In this document: positions 30,745 through 39,499 of the stretch, in pieces | How positions within the stretch are numbered: the stretch's first letter is position 1 | Layout: each line of letters opens with the position of its first letter | Source of the DNA: a virus | Reading direction: 5' to 3' (one strand) | Length of the DNA stretch: 64,000 nt | IMG/VR virus record: IMGVR_UViG_3300027659_000015 | Location: 41,722-105,721 of that record | Translations under genes and position numbers: made by a program | The notes under the pieces: model-generated | Seen by the model: the letters and a program-made list of their open reading frames with translations, nothing else | Told to the model about the DNA's origin: nothing | Database searches by the model: none

Positions 30745-31545
30745 ATGGCATTAACTAAAATTCTTCCATCAGGTTTAGATTCTACACAGAACTATACCGT
30801 AAATACAATTACAGCCAACACGGTGGTGTCTAATGGTATAAACTTATTTACATTTGCTAATGCAGCATTCACCGCAGCCAATAGCGCTTCAGATTCTTGG
30901 GTAAGAAATCAAGCTAATGCTTCCTTTATACAAGCAAATGCTGCCTTTACAGCAGCCAATAACGCTTCAGATTCTTGGGTAAGAAATCAAGCTAATGCTT
31001 CCTTTATACAAGCAAATGCTGCCTTTACAGCAGCCAATAACGCTTCTGATTCTTGGGTAAGAAATCAAGCTAATGCTTCCTTTATACAAGCGAATGCAGC
31101 ATTCACGGCAGCCAATAACGCTTCAGATTCTTGGGTAAGAAATCAAGCTAATGCTGCGTTTGTTCAAGCAAATGCTGCCTTTACAGCAGCCAATAATGCT
31201 GGCGGTGGTTTAAGTACACCCACAGTTACTGGTGTAACACAAGCTAATGAAGTAACAACACAAACATTTATAATCACTAATTATAATGCAGCTTACGCAT
31301 ACATAATTAGTACAACTGGTGGTTCAATATCTCGAACAGCAAATACCATATATTGGACGATGCCGTCTGTTACAACAAATACAGTACATTATATGACAAC
31401 ACAAAGTGTTTACACGGGCGTAACTTCTTTAGTTGGTACAAATACCGTTTTGGTTGTTAATCTAAATATAACTGACACAGCTATTGTTGTGACAGATTTC
31501 ACCACCTCTTATGCAAATACGGTTTATGGATGGGTAGTACCATGA
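30745..31545 (+). CDS. fibre stalk protein with four 26-aa repeats
   Basis: MALTKI N-terminus; ASDSWVRNQANASFIQANAAFTAANN x4. Confidence 0.7.
   Translation: MALTKILPSGLDSTQNYTVNTITANTVVSNGINLFTFANAAFTAANSASDSWVRNQANASFIQANAAFTAANNASDSWVRNQANASFIQANAAFTAANNASDSWVRNQANASFIQANAAFTAANNASDSWVRNQANAAFVQANAAFTAANNAGGGLSTPTVTGVTQANEVTTQTFIITNYNAAYAYIISTTGGSISRTANTIYWTMPSVTTNTVHYMTTQSVYTGVTSLVGTNTVLVVNLNITDTAIVVTDFTTSYANTVYGWVVP
30885..31196 (+). repeat. 78-bp tandem repeat x4
   Basis: Units start at 30885, 30963, 31041 and 31119; the first two are identical. Confidence 0.95.
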
Positions 31546-34166
31546 AAGCAAAAGCTAATGCAATTTTTATCAGTAGCATTTATAATCAAGAGGTGGGTGA
31601 TACCAATTGGAATGAATACCAAACAATTATTACTGCAAATAGTGTAAATGAATTAACCATAAGAACGAGTGATACAACAGCAAATAATTTATCTGTGACA
31701 AGTAATTATTCCAGTTTAGTTCCAGGTTCAAAGATTTATGTTAGTAACAATGGTACCACTTTGATTGGTGGAACTATTGGTACTATAACTACTGGAACAG
31801 TTAAATCAAACACATCAACTAAGGCAGTAGATACGACAAGAAGTGCAGTTTCAGGTAATACAATTTATAATACTGCTGCGTCAACTTATGCATCTGCAAA
31901 TTTTATAAAACCTGATGGAAAATTATTCTGGATTTGTGGTGGTGATGGTGTTATAAGAGAATATAAATTAAATGTTCCTTGGAATCTTGCTTCAGGTGCA
32001 TCAACTGGTAAAACAATCGGTGCATACAACGGAAATATAGGAACATCAGCTTTCTGTTTTAGTTATGATGGAAAATATTTTTTTAGAAGTACTTCGCAAG
32101 ACAATAATGTAGCATCACCAGCGGCTGAATGTATAGCTAGATTTACTTTAATTACACCATGGGATATTTCAACATTAGGTACCAACGTTCAATCTAGAGT
32201 AATGATGTCTGGTAGTGGCGGCAATGGTTACCAATACAGTAGAAGTATGAGAATTTCTAGAGATGGAAAAACAATATTGACATGGTCTTATGATGGAACC
32301 ACTGCCGGTTCTAAGAACGTACTAGCTGTACCATTTGATATAACGAGTTATGTATCAGCTTCAAGTTATACATACTCTCCTACCGGTGTTTCTGGTCCTG
32401 CGAGTTACGAGGTTTCAGAAGATGGAAAAATTTGGTATAGTTGGACAGGTGTTAATGGTGCCTATGCAGCCATTCTGTATCAAGGATCTTTTTCGTCTCC
32501 TTGGGAACTCAACACAATGGCGGTTGCTAAAACAATTTCTTTAAGTTTCCCATCCGGAGCCTATGGCGATCTGAAAAGTACTTACGGGCCAGTAGGTATT
32601 ATGAGTGCAGACGGAAAAACAACTGGTGTGATTCTACCAACAGCGACACCCAGTTCAGTTGGAATCGTAACATTTAACCTAGACACTCAAGGCGGTGACG
32701 CTGCACAAAGTTACAATATTGATGTTACTAGTTTTGGTATGACTGCTGCAGCAAATAGAGCATGGTTATCAGAACCAAGTGTTTATGTTGCAGCAACAAG
32801 AAGTGCAAATACCGCAAGAACTTGGTCATATCAAATAGAATTAGATACAGATACAGCAGCAAACACCACAACAGCAGTTGTAGGTATAGATGGAACAGGT
32901 GTGTTGGCTGCCAATGACACTGTTTTATTAAATGGATCAACTTCAGTAACATTGACTTCTGTTGTTGAAACAGCAAATGGTTTACCTTGGAAAGATCCAG
33001 CTGGATCGACCGATTACATTAAATATTTCGGAAAAAATTATCAAACATTAAATTCCACCTCTATTACAGATTACACTCTTGTGGCAAACATGCACATGAG
33101 ATTTTCCAATAATGGTAGTTATTTTTACATTATTGGAGATTCTACTGCTGTTTATGGAACAGGTGTTTATCAGTATGTGATGACAAGTCCGTGGGATGTT
33201 AGTACAGCAAAATTTTTAAATTTTTGTCCAATAGGAAAATGGAATGCTGGATCTTCTAATGGGTATTATAATGGTAGTTACCCTTTGATTACTGGATTTG
33301 ATATTGATCCTAATGGCAATAGATTTTTTATTTTCTGGGGCACAGCGTATGCAAACACTCGGGCATATCAATATAATTTATCGAAACCACATGATTTAAA
33401 TTCTATATCATCAGTTAATGGTCCTTATACATATGTACCTGCAGATGTTGGTGTGTCAACCAGGAGAATTGCGGGAACCAGGTTTAATAAAACAGGTACA
33501 CAAATTCTCGCAATAAACACTGCATCCTCAGGTGGACCGAGTTACAGTCAGGTTTTAACATTAGGTACTCCATGGGATATTTCATCAGTAACAAATTGGA
33601 CTCCAGTAACCACATTGACAGGCACGGCAACTGGAATGCCATGGATTGATAGTTGTTTCACACCGAACGGAGATAATTTGTTATGTTTGGGACAAAGTTA
33701 TACAGATTCATATTTAACTATGCAACCAACCACAACAGCAAACAATTCTTGGACTGGTTGGATTTGGAATACAAAATCTACATCTGCAGCCAACGTTGCG
33801 GCTTATCCAGCCGGTTCTATTAGTGCAACAGGTCAATCCAGAAGTATAGATATATCTCCAGATGGAACAAATTTGTATATTTTATTAGCCAGTGGTGCAA
33901 TATACCAATTTGGTACAAGATTAAAACCATTAACTAAATATGTTATAACATATCCAACTCAAGCATCAGCACCGACAAGTGTTTATTTGCCTGATCCTAG
34001 TGTGTTACAAACATTTACTCCATCATTAGATAGTGCAAATAGCACATTAAATTTCAGTAGTTCATTTGTTTCTGCCAACTCTCGAGCAATACAATTTAAA
34101 ATTAATAATGCTCCAGTAGATACTGAAGTTACTCAAGTAAGAATTAACCTAAACAAGTCACAATAA
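31542..34166 (+). CDS. putative beta-propeller receptor-binding protein with PWD(I/V)ST repeats
   Basis: Repeated F..DG.. and L..PWDIS(T/S) motifs in two clusters; start taken at the ATGA overlap (31542) rather than 31530. Confidence 0.65.
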   Translation: MKAKANAIFISSIYNQEVGDTNWNEYQTIITANSVNELTIRTSDTTANNLSVTSNYSSLVPGSKIYVSNNGTTLIGGTIGTITTGTVKSNTSTKAVDTTRSAVSGNTIYNTAASTYASANFIKPDGKLFWICGGDGVIREYKLNVPWNLASGASTGKTIGAYNGNIGTSAFCFSYDGKYFFRSTSQDNNVASPAAECIARFTLITPWDISTLGTNVQSRVMMSGSGGNGYQYSRSMRISRDGKTILTWSYDGTTAGSKNVLAVPFDITSYVSASSYTYSPTGVSGPASYEVSEDGKIWYSWTGVNGAYAAILYQGSFSSPWELNTMAVAKTISLSFPSGAYGDLKSTYGPVGIMSADGKTTGVILPTATPSSVGIVTFNLDTQGGDAAQSYNIDVTSFGMTAAANRAWLSEPSVYVAATRSANTARTWSYQIELDTDTAANTTTAVVGIDGTGVLAANDTVLLNGSTSVTLTSVVETANGLPWKDPAGSTDYIKYFGKNYQTLNSTSITDYTLVANMHMRFSNNGSYFYIIGDSTAVYGTGVYQYVMTSPWDVSTAKFLNFCPIGKWNAGSSNGYYNGSYPLITGFDIDPNGNRFFIFWGTAYANTRAYQYNLSKPHDLNSISSVNGPYTYVPADVGVSTRRIAGTRFNKTGTQILAINTASSGGPSYSQVLTLGTPWDISSVTNWTPVTTLTGTATGMPWIDSCFTPNGDNLLCLGQSYTDSYLTMQPTTTANNSWTGWIWNTKSTSAANVAAYPAGSISATGQSRSIDISPDGTNLYILLASGAIYQFGTRLKPLTKYVITYPTQASAPTSVYLPDPSVLQTFTPSLDSANSTLNFSSSFVSANSRAIQFKINNAPVDTEVTQVRINLNKSQ

Positions 34167-34546
34167 TGTTAACAAGTAAAACTGTTGAAATACAACCTCA
34201 GATGTTTAAGAAGGTTTATACTTTCTATGATGATATCATTCAAGGTTATAAAGCTCAAAAAACCGAAACGATAAACAATTCTACCATAGAATTTAATGGT
34301 TGGGTATTTGATTCTGATGAAAAAAGTATAGGTAGAATGTCTAGATATCTACAGATATCCACTATCACAATGTTGAAAGACCAATCAAATGGTATGACAA
34401 CAAGTGATGCTTGGCAAAAAAATTACGTTGATAACAAAATTCAATGGAAATTAAATGACAATAACATACAAGAAATTAGTGTTGAACAATTATTTGAAGT
34501 TTATACTATGTGTGTTCATAACATGTCCAACAACTGGTTAAAATAA
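34166..34546 (+). CDS. DUF4376-like tail fibre assembly/associated protein
   Basis: IEFNG..FDSDEKS..R ... WKL.DN.......QL pattern. Confidence 0.6.
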   Translation: MLTSKTVEIQPQMFKKVYTFYDDIIQGYKAQKTETINNSTIEFNGWVFDSDEKSIGRMSRYLQISTITMLKDQSNGMTTSDAWQKNYVDNKIQWKLNDNNIQEISVEQLFEVYTMCVHNMSNNWLK

Positions 34547-34559
34547 TAGGTAACAAAAC

Positions 34560-34664
34560 ATGGCTTTTCCATCAAGTCCAGTAGACGGACAAACGTATTC
34601 ACAATTTGAAAGAAACTATACCTATCCAATAATATTGTACCACACAACACTAAATACCTGGTAA
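34560..34664 (+). pseudogene. truncated remnant of a fibre gene (MAFPSSPVDGQTYSQFERNYTY...)
   Basis: 34-codon ORF not in the supplied track; FP.SP..GQ.Y N-terminal motif typical of phage fibre proteins; runs into the gp13 late promoter. Confidence 0.5.
34649..34656 (+). promoter_or_regulatory. late promoter (ACTAAATA) for gp13
   Basis: TAAATA core followed by SD AAGGAG and the ATG at 34680. Confidence 0.65.
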
Positions 34665-34679
34665 TAAGGAGATTTAGTA

Positions 34680-35453
34680 ATGGCAGTAACAACAACTAGA
34701 GCCAGTTTCAAAGATTATTGTCTCAGACGTTTAGGTTTTCCCGTAATAGAAATTAACGTTGATGATGACCAAATAGAGGATCGTATTGACGATGCTTTAT
34801 TGTATTATCAAGATTACCATTTTGATGGCCTACAAAAAATCTATTACATCAAGGCAATAGACCAAACAGACATTAACAACAAGTATCTTAGCCTATCTCA
34901 GGCCAGAGATTCAGCTAACAATATATTAGATATTGCTGGTATAACTCGTATCTTTCCAGTTAGTGATTCACAATCATCAGTCAATATGTTTGACCTAAGA
35001 TACCAATTACGTTTGAATGAGTTGTATGACTTCACATCAGCATCCTACATCAACTACACCTTAACACAACAACACCTACGTTCACTTGAATTGATGTTCA
35101 CAGGTGAAGTTCCAATTCGTTTCCAACGACATATGCAAAGGCTCTACATTGATTGGGCATGGGGTGCATCACAAGCACCAGTTGGTACTAAAGTAATTGC
35201 CGAATGTTATGCCGTTATTAATCCAGAAGTTTATGGTCGTGTATATAATGACCGATGGTTAAAAGAATATGCAACGACATTAATCAAAATTCAATGGGGC
35301 GCCAATCTTAAAAAGTTTGCTGGTATTCAATTGCCAGGTGGTGTATCACTAAATGGTAATGTAATCTTTGATGAAGCCATGAAAGAGAAAGACCGTTTAG
35401 AACAAGACATGATTACAAACTATGGTGGCCCACTAGAAATGTTTATGAACTAA
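34680..35453 (+). CDS. gp13: neck protein gp13
   Basis: YCLRRLG.PVIEINVDDDQ.EDRIDDAL...YHFDG; WLK.Y....IK.QWG.NL.KF.G.QLPGG..LNG. Confidence 0.95.
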   Translation: MAVTTTRASFKDYCLRRLGFPVIEINVDDDQIEDRIDDALLYYQDYHFDGLQKIYYIKAIDQTDINNKYLSLSQARDSANNILDIAGITRIFPVSDSQSSVNMFDLRYQLRLNELYDFTSASYINYTLTQQHLRSLELMFTGEVPIRFQRHMQRLYIDWAWGASQAPVGTKVIAECYAVINPEVYGRVYNDRWLKEYATTLIKIQWGANLKKFAGIQLPGGVSLNGNVIFDEAMKEKDRLEQDMITNYGGPLEMFMN

Positions 35454-35454
35454 C

Positions 35455-36330
35455 ATGGCAACATCAGTCTATTTTAATAACTACAACTCACATGCTGAGC
35501 AAAGAGTTGTAGAAGACCTCATCGTTGAATCTATAAAGATTATGGGTTTCGATGCATACTATTGTCCTATCTTTAATCCGGATGATAGAGACATTCTATA
35601 CGGTGAGGATCCTGTTAAGAAGTTTAAGTCTGCATTTCCGATTGAATTCTATCTTTCTGATGCCATGGATTATTCTGGTGAAAGAGAATTCTTTTCTAAG
35701 TTTGGCCTTGAGATTAAAAACAACGCTAATGTTATTCTATCCAAGCGTTCATTCTCACAACGAGTACCACAAGATTTATTTACCAGGCCACGTGAAGGTG
35801 ATTTGGTCTATGTACCATTCTTAAATGGTAGAGGTGAACTTTTTGAAATTAAGTTTGTGAATCAAAATAAAGATTTCTTTACTTTAGGCCGTAAGATTCC
35901 ATTCTTCTATGAATTGGAACTTGAGAAATTCAAATACTCACAAGAAGTTATTGATACGGGTATCGCTGATATTGATGATGCAGCCACACAATCTAGTTAC
36001 ACATTAGATTTGAATATGTCTGGTGGTACAGGAGTTTATCAATCAAAAGAAATTGTATATCAATCACCAGACACCACAAAAGCCAATGCTACTGTTGTTG
36101 CTATTGCACAATCTTGGTCAGCAAATACATTAAGTGTTACAAATATTGCTGGTGAATTTATTACTGGTCAAAGAATAATTGGTGCCACAAGTAATGCTCG
36201 ATTTACGCTATCGACATTCAATACATTAAAAGATTCTACGAGAAACGAAACATACGACAATATGTATATTGAAAATCAAGCAAACAATATTGTTGATTTT
36301 GCTGAAAATAATCCTTTTGGAAAAATATAA
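35455..36330 (+). CDS. gp14: neck/head completion protein gp14
   Basis: EQ...EDL..ESIK..G; FFSKFGLEI; RPREGDL.Y.P; ends F.E.NPFG. Confidence 0.93.
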   Translation: MATSVYFNNYNSHAEQRVVEDLIVESIKIMGFDAYYCPIFNPDDRDILYGEDPVKKFKSAFPIEFYLSDAMDYSGEREFFSKFGLEIKNNANVILSKRSFSQRVPQDLFTRPREGDLVYVPFLNGRGELFEIKFVNQNKDFFTLGRKIPFFYELELEKFKYSQEVIDTGIADIDDAATQSSYTLDLNMSGGTGVYQSKEIVYQSPDTTKANATVVAIAQSWSANTLSVTNIAGEFITGQRIIGATSNARFTLSTFNTLKDSTRNETYDNMYIENQANNIVDFAENNPFGKI

Positions 36331-37316
36331 TGGCTACACCACAATACAATCGTGTCATTCGTAAAATAGTTGTTGGATTTGGTAATCTATTTAATGAGAT
36401 TACTTTAGTTAGATTTAATCCAGATTCAACTGAAGCCGAACGTTTTATTATACCAATTGCTTATTCATCCAAAGAACGTTATGTTATGAGGTTAGAGGAT
36501 GATTTAAGTTTAGATAAAAAAGTTCAAGTTACTTTGCCACGTTTGTCATTTGAGATGACCGGATTATCTTATGATGCATCCAGAAAACAAAATACAAACA
36601 TTAAAAACTTTGCGCAAACTTCAGCTGGCGTTGTGGCTCAATACAATCCTGTACCTTACAATTTTGATTTTTCTTTATACTTGTATGTGAGGAATATTGA
36701 AGATGCAACACAAGTAATAGAACATATATTACCGTATTTTACACCAGATTATACCATCAAACTCAATTTAATTCCTGAAATGGGAATCACCAAAGAAATT
36801 CCTGTAATATTAAATTCAACACAACAAGAAATTGTTTATGAAGGTAACAGAGACCAAGAAACAAGAATGATTATTTGGACTCTTAACTTTACAGTCAAAG
36901 GTTTTATATTTGGTAAATCTTCTACATCTGGTATAATTAAAACTTCTATCACTAATATATTGAATGATATTGGACCAGATGATATTGTTGAATTTAATAT
37001 GGCTAATCCAGGTATTGGAACATATCAAATAGGTGAAATTGTATACCAAGGATATACACCTACAAATGCTATTGCAACAGGAAAAGTTCTTTCTTGGAAA
37101 AATAATATATTAAAGCTAACAAATGTTAACGGTAACTTTGTTTCTTCACAACCAATTTATGGTGTAAATAACAACGCTAGTTATACATTCAATACATACA
37201 ATAGAGGTGGTGTTATATCAAATACTATGGTTACAATTACAACAACACCATCACCTAATACAGCTAATGCTAATAGTTTGTATACATATGCAACCACTAT
37301 AGTTGAAAAAGTTTAA
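36330..37316 (+). CDS. gp15: tail sheath stabiliser/terminator gp15
   Basis: IRK.VV.FG.LFN; LPR.SFEM; PVPY...F.L; Q..E.ILPYF.P; IWTL.F..KG. Confidence 0.93.
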   Translation: MATPQYNRVIRKIVVGFGNLFNEITLVRFNPDSTEAERFIIPIAYSSKERYVMRLEDDLSLDKKVQVTLPRLSFEMTGLSYDASRKQNTNIKNFAQTSAGVVAQYNPVPYNFDFSLYLYVRNIEDATQVIEHILPYFTPDYTIKLNLIPEMGITKEIPVILNSTQQEIVYEGNRDQETRMIIWTLNFTVKGFIFGKSSTSGIIKTSITNILNDIGPDDIVEFNMANPGIGTYQIGEIVYQGYTPTNAIATGKVLSWKNNILKLTNVNGNFVSSQPIYGVNNNASYTFNTYNRGGVISNTMVTITTTPSPNTANANSLYTYATTIVEKV

Positions 37317-37328
37317 AGCAAAGAAATT

Positions 37329-37742
37329 ATGAATACATTTGATAAGAACATGGAAAAAATCTTTGATGTAACTCCCGTAGAGGAAGAAAAGAAATCTTTA
37401 GTACCAGTTACAAAAGAACCAATTGATAGTATCGACCTTAAAACAGATTTGGTCGATGCTTACGAACAATCTAAAAGTAATCTACAAGATTTAATTGACA
37501 ACGGCAAAGATGCAATGGAAGAATTGCGTCAGATTGCCAGCGCAGGACAACACCCACGAGCATTTGAAGTATACGCCACATTATTAAAAAATGTAGTAGA
37601 AGCAAATGACCGGTTATTAAAAACACAAAAAGAAATGCGTGAAATGGATGGTAAAAAAAGAGAAGCTGATACAAAAATCAATAATGCTCTCTTTGTTGGA
37701 TCAACGGCTGAGTTGAATAGGTTCCTCAAAGGTAAAGAATGA
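37329..37742 (+). CDS. gp16: terminase small subunit gp16
   Basis: HPRAFEVYA.L; NNALFVGSTAEL. Confidence 0.93.
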   Translation: MNTFDKNMEKIFDVTPVEEEKKSLVPVTKEPIDSIDLKTDLVDAYEQSKSNLQDLIDNGKDAMEELRQIASAGQHPRAFEVYATLLKNVVEANDRLLKTQKEMREMDGKKREADTKINNALFVGSTAELNRFLKGKE

Positions 37743-39430
37743 ATGTTGATTTAAAATTTGGTGAAGCCTACAGAGACAATCCTTTACTTAAAAAGGCAGG
37801 CGTTAAGGTAGAGTATACACAAGAACAAGTTGACGAATATATTAAGTGTTCTAAAGACCCAATCTATTTTGCCAAGAACTACATTAAGATTGTGAACGTA
37901 GATGAAGGTTTAATCAACTTTAATATGTGGCCATTTCAAGAAAAAATGCTTGAATTGTTTGTCAGAGACAGATTTGTTATCACCAAATGTCCTCGACAGG
38001 TAGGTAAAACAACTACAACTGTGGCATATATGTTGTGGGCAACCATCTTTACTGACACACAGAATTGTGCTGTACTTGCCAATAAAGGTTCATTAGCAAG
38101 AGATATTTTATCCAAGTATCAACTTGCTTATGAAAACTTACCAATGTGGTTACAACAAGGCGTTCTTACATGGAACAAAGGTAACGTAGAACTTGAAAAT
38201 GGTTCTAAGATTATTGCTGCTTCTACATCATCATCTGCCATTCGAGGCGGTTCATTTAACATTGTGTTCTTAGACGAATTCGCTTTCGTTCCAAACAATA
38301 TTGCTGAAGAATTCTTTAACTCTGTTTACCCTGTAATTTCATCAGGTAAAAAGACCAAGATTATTATTGTGTCTACACCGAACGGCATGAATCTATTCTA
38401 CAAGTTGTGGATGGATTCATTAAACAAGAAAAATAACTATACCAATTTTGAAATTCATTGGTCAATGGTACCAGGTCGTGACGAGAAGTGGAAAGAAGAA
38501 ACAATACGTAACACTTCTGAAAGGCAATTTAGTCAAGAGTTTGAAACTGAGTTCTTAGGTTCAACCAACACCTTGATTTCTGGTTACAAATTACAACAGA
38601 TAGCTTATAAAGATCCTATTGCCAACCACGACCTACTGAAAATCTATGAACATCCAGTCAAAGAAGGTGTCGATGAATCTAAATCTGACCACCTATATTG
38701 TATCTGTGTAGACGTATCAGAAGGTAAGAATCTAGATAGTTCAGCGTTCTCGGTAATTGATATATCTCAGACACCATATAGACAAGTGGCAACTTATAAG
38801 AGTTCATCAATCACACCCATATTATTTCCAACAGTTATCTACAATACAGCCAGATACTACAACGATGCCTATGTATTAGTGGAGATTAACAATAATCCAC
38901 AAGTGGCAGACTCATTACACCAAGATTTTGAATATGAAAATCTGTGGAAAATATTTACAGGTAACAAGAAACCACAACAACTATCTGCTGGTTTCGCACG
39001 TGGTATTCAAATGGGACTGAAGATGTCAGTTCAGGTCAAGGCAATTGGTTGTTCCAACCTTAAAACTTTGATTGAAGGTGATAAATTATTGATTAATGAT
39101 TTTGATACTTACTCAGAATTGACCACCTTTGTTCAGCAAAAGAATACATTCAAGGCTGAAGAAGGTGCTAATGATGATACAGTTATGCCTTTAGTTATGT
39201 TTTCATGGTTAACAACTCAACAATATTTTAAAGAGATTGTTAACCACGACATCCGAAAACAAATTCAGTTGGAAAATATGAATCAAATAGACGATGATGT
39301 ATTACCAGCACCCATAATTGAAGATGGATTAGAACATGACTTTGAAATATGGGGTGGTGATTTATGGGAAAAACCAGAAGGTGGTGATACTTATGCAAAC
39401 TTTACAAAAAAGATGCTTTCAAGGATGTAA
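37739..39430 (+). CDS. gp17: terminase large subunit gp17
   Basis: PRQVGKTT Walker A; IRGGSFN..FLDEFAF Walker B; IIVSTPNGMN; nuclease DVSEG and NDD. Confidence 0.98.
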   Translation: MNVDLKFGEAYRDNPLLKKAGVKVEYTQEQVDEYIKCSKDPIYFAKNYIKIVNVDEGLINFNMWPFQEKMLELFVRDRFVITKCPRQVGKTTTTVAYMLWATIFTDTQNCAVLANKGSLARDILSKYQLAYENLPMWLQQGVLTWNKGNVELENGSKIIAASTSSSAIRGGSFNIVFLDEFAFVPNNIAEEFFNSVYPVISSGKKTKIIIVSTPNGMNLFYKLWMDSLNKKNNYTNFEIHWSMVPGRDEKWKEETIRNTSERQFSQEFETEFLGSTNTLISGYKLQQIAYKDPIANHDLLKIYEHPVKEGVDESKSDHLYCICVDVSEGKNLDSSAFSVIDISQTPYRQVATYKSSSITPILFPTVIYNTARYYNDAYVLVEINNNPQVADSLHQDFEYENLWKIFTGNKKPQQLSAGFARGIQMGLKMSVQVKAIGCSNLKTLIEGDKLLINDFDTYSELTTFVQQKNTFKAEEGANDDTVMPLVMFSWLTTQQYFKEIVNHDIRKQIQLENMNQIDDDVLPAPIIEDGLEHDFEIWGGDLWEKPEGGDTYANFTKKMLSRM

Positions 39431-39441
39431 ATCCGGCGTTT

Positions 39442-39449
39442 CATAAATA
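39442..39449 (+). promoter_or_regulatory. late promoter (CATAAATA) for gp18
   Basis: TAAATA core in the gp17-gp18 spacer. Confidence 0.65.
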
Positions 39450-39499
39450 TCCAATATGGTATAACTGCCAAACAAACATAATAATTCAAGGAGAATAAA

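Noticed and set aside
12350-31200. Regular repeats resembling a CRISPR array
   Set aside because: They are in-frame coding repeats with synonymous variation and no unique spacers; no cas genes.
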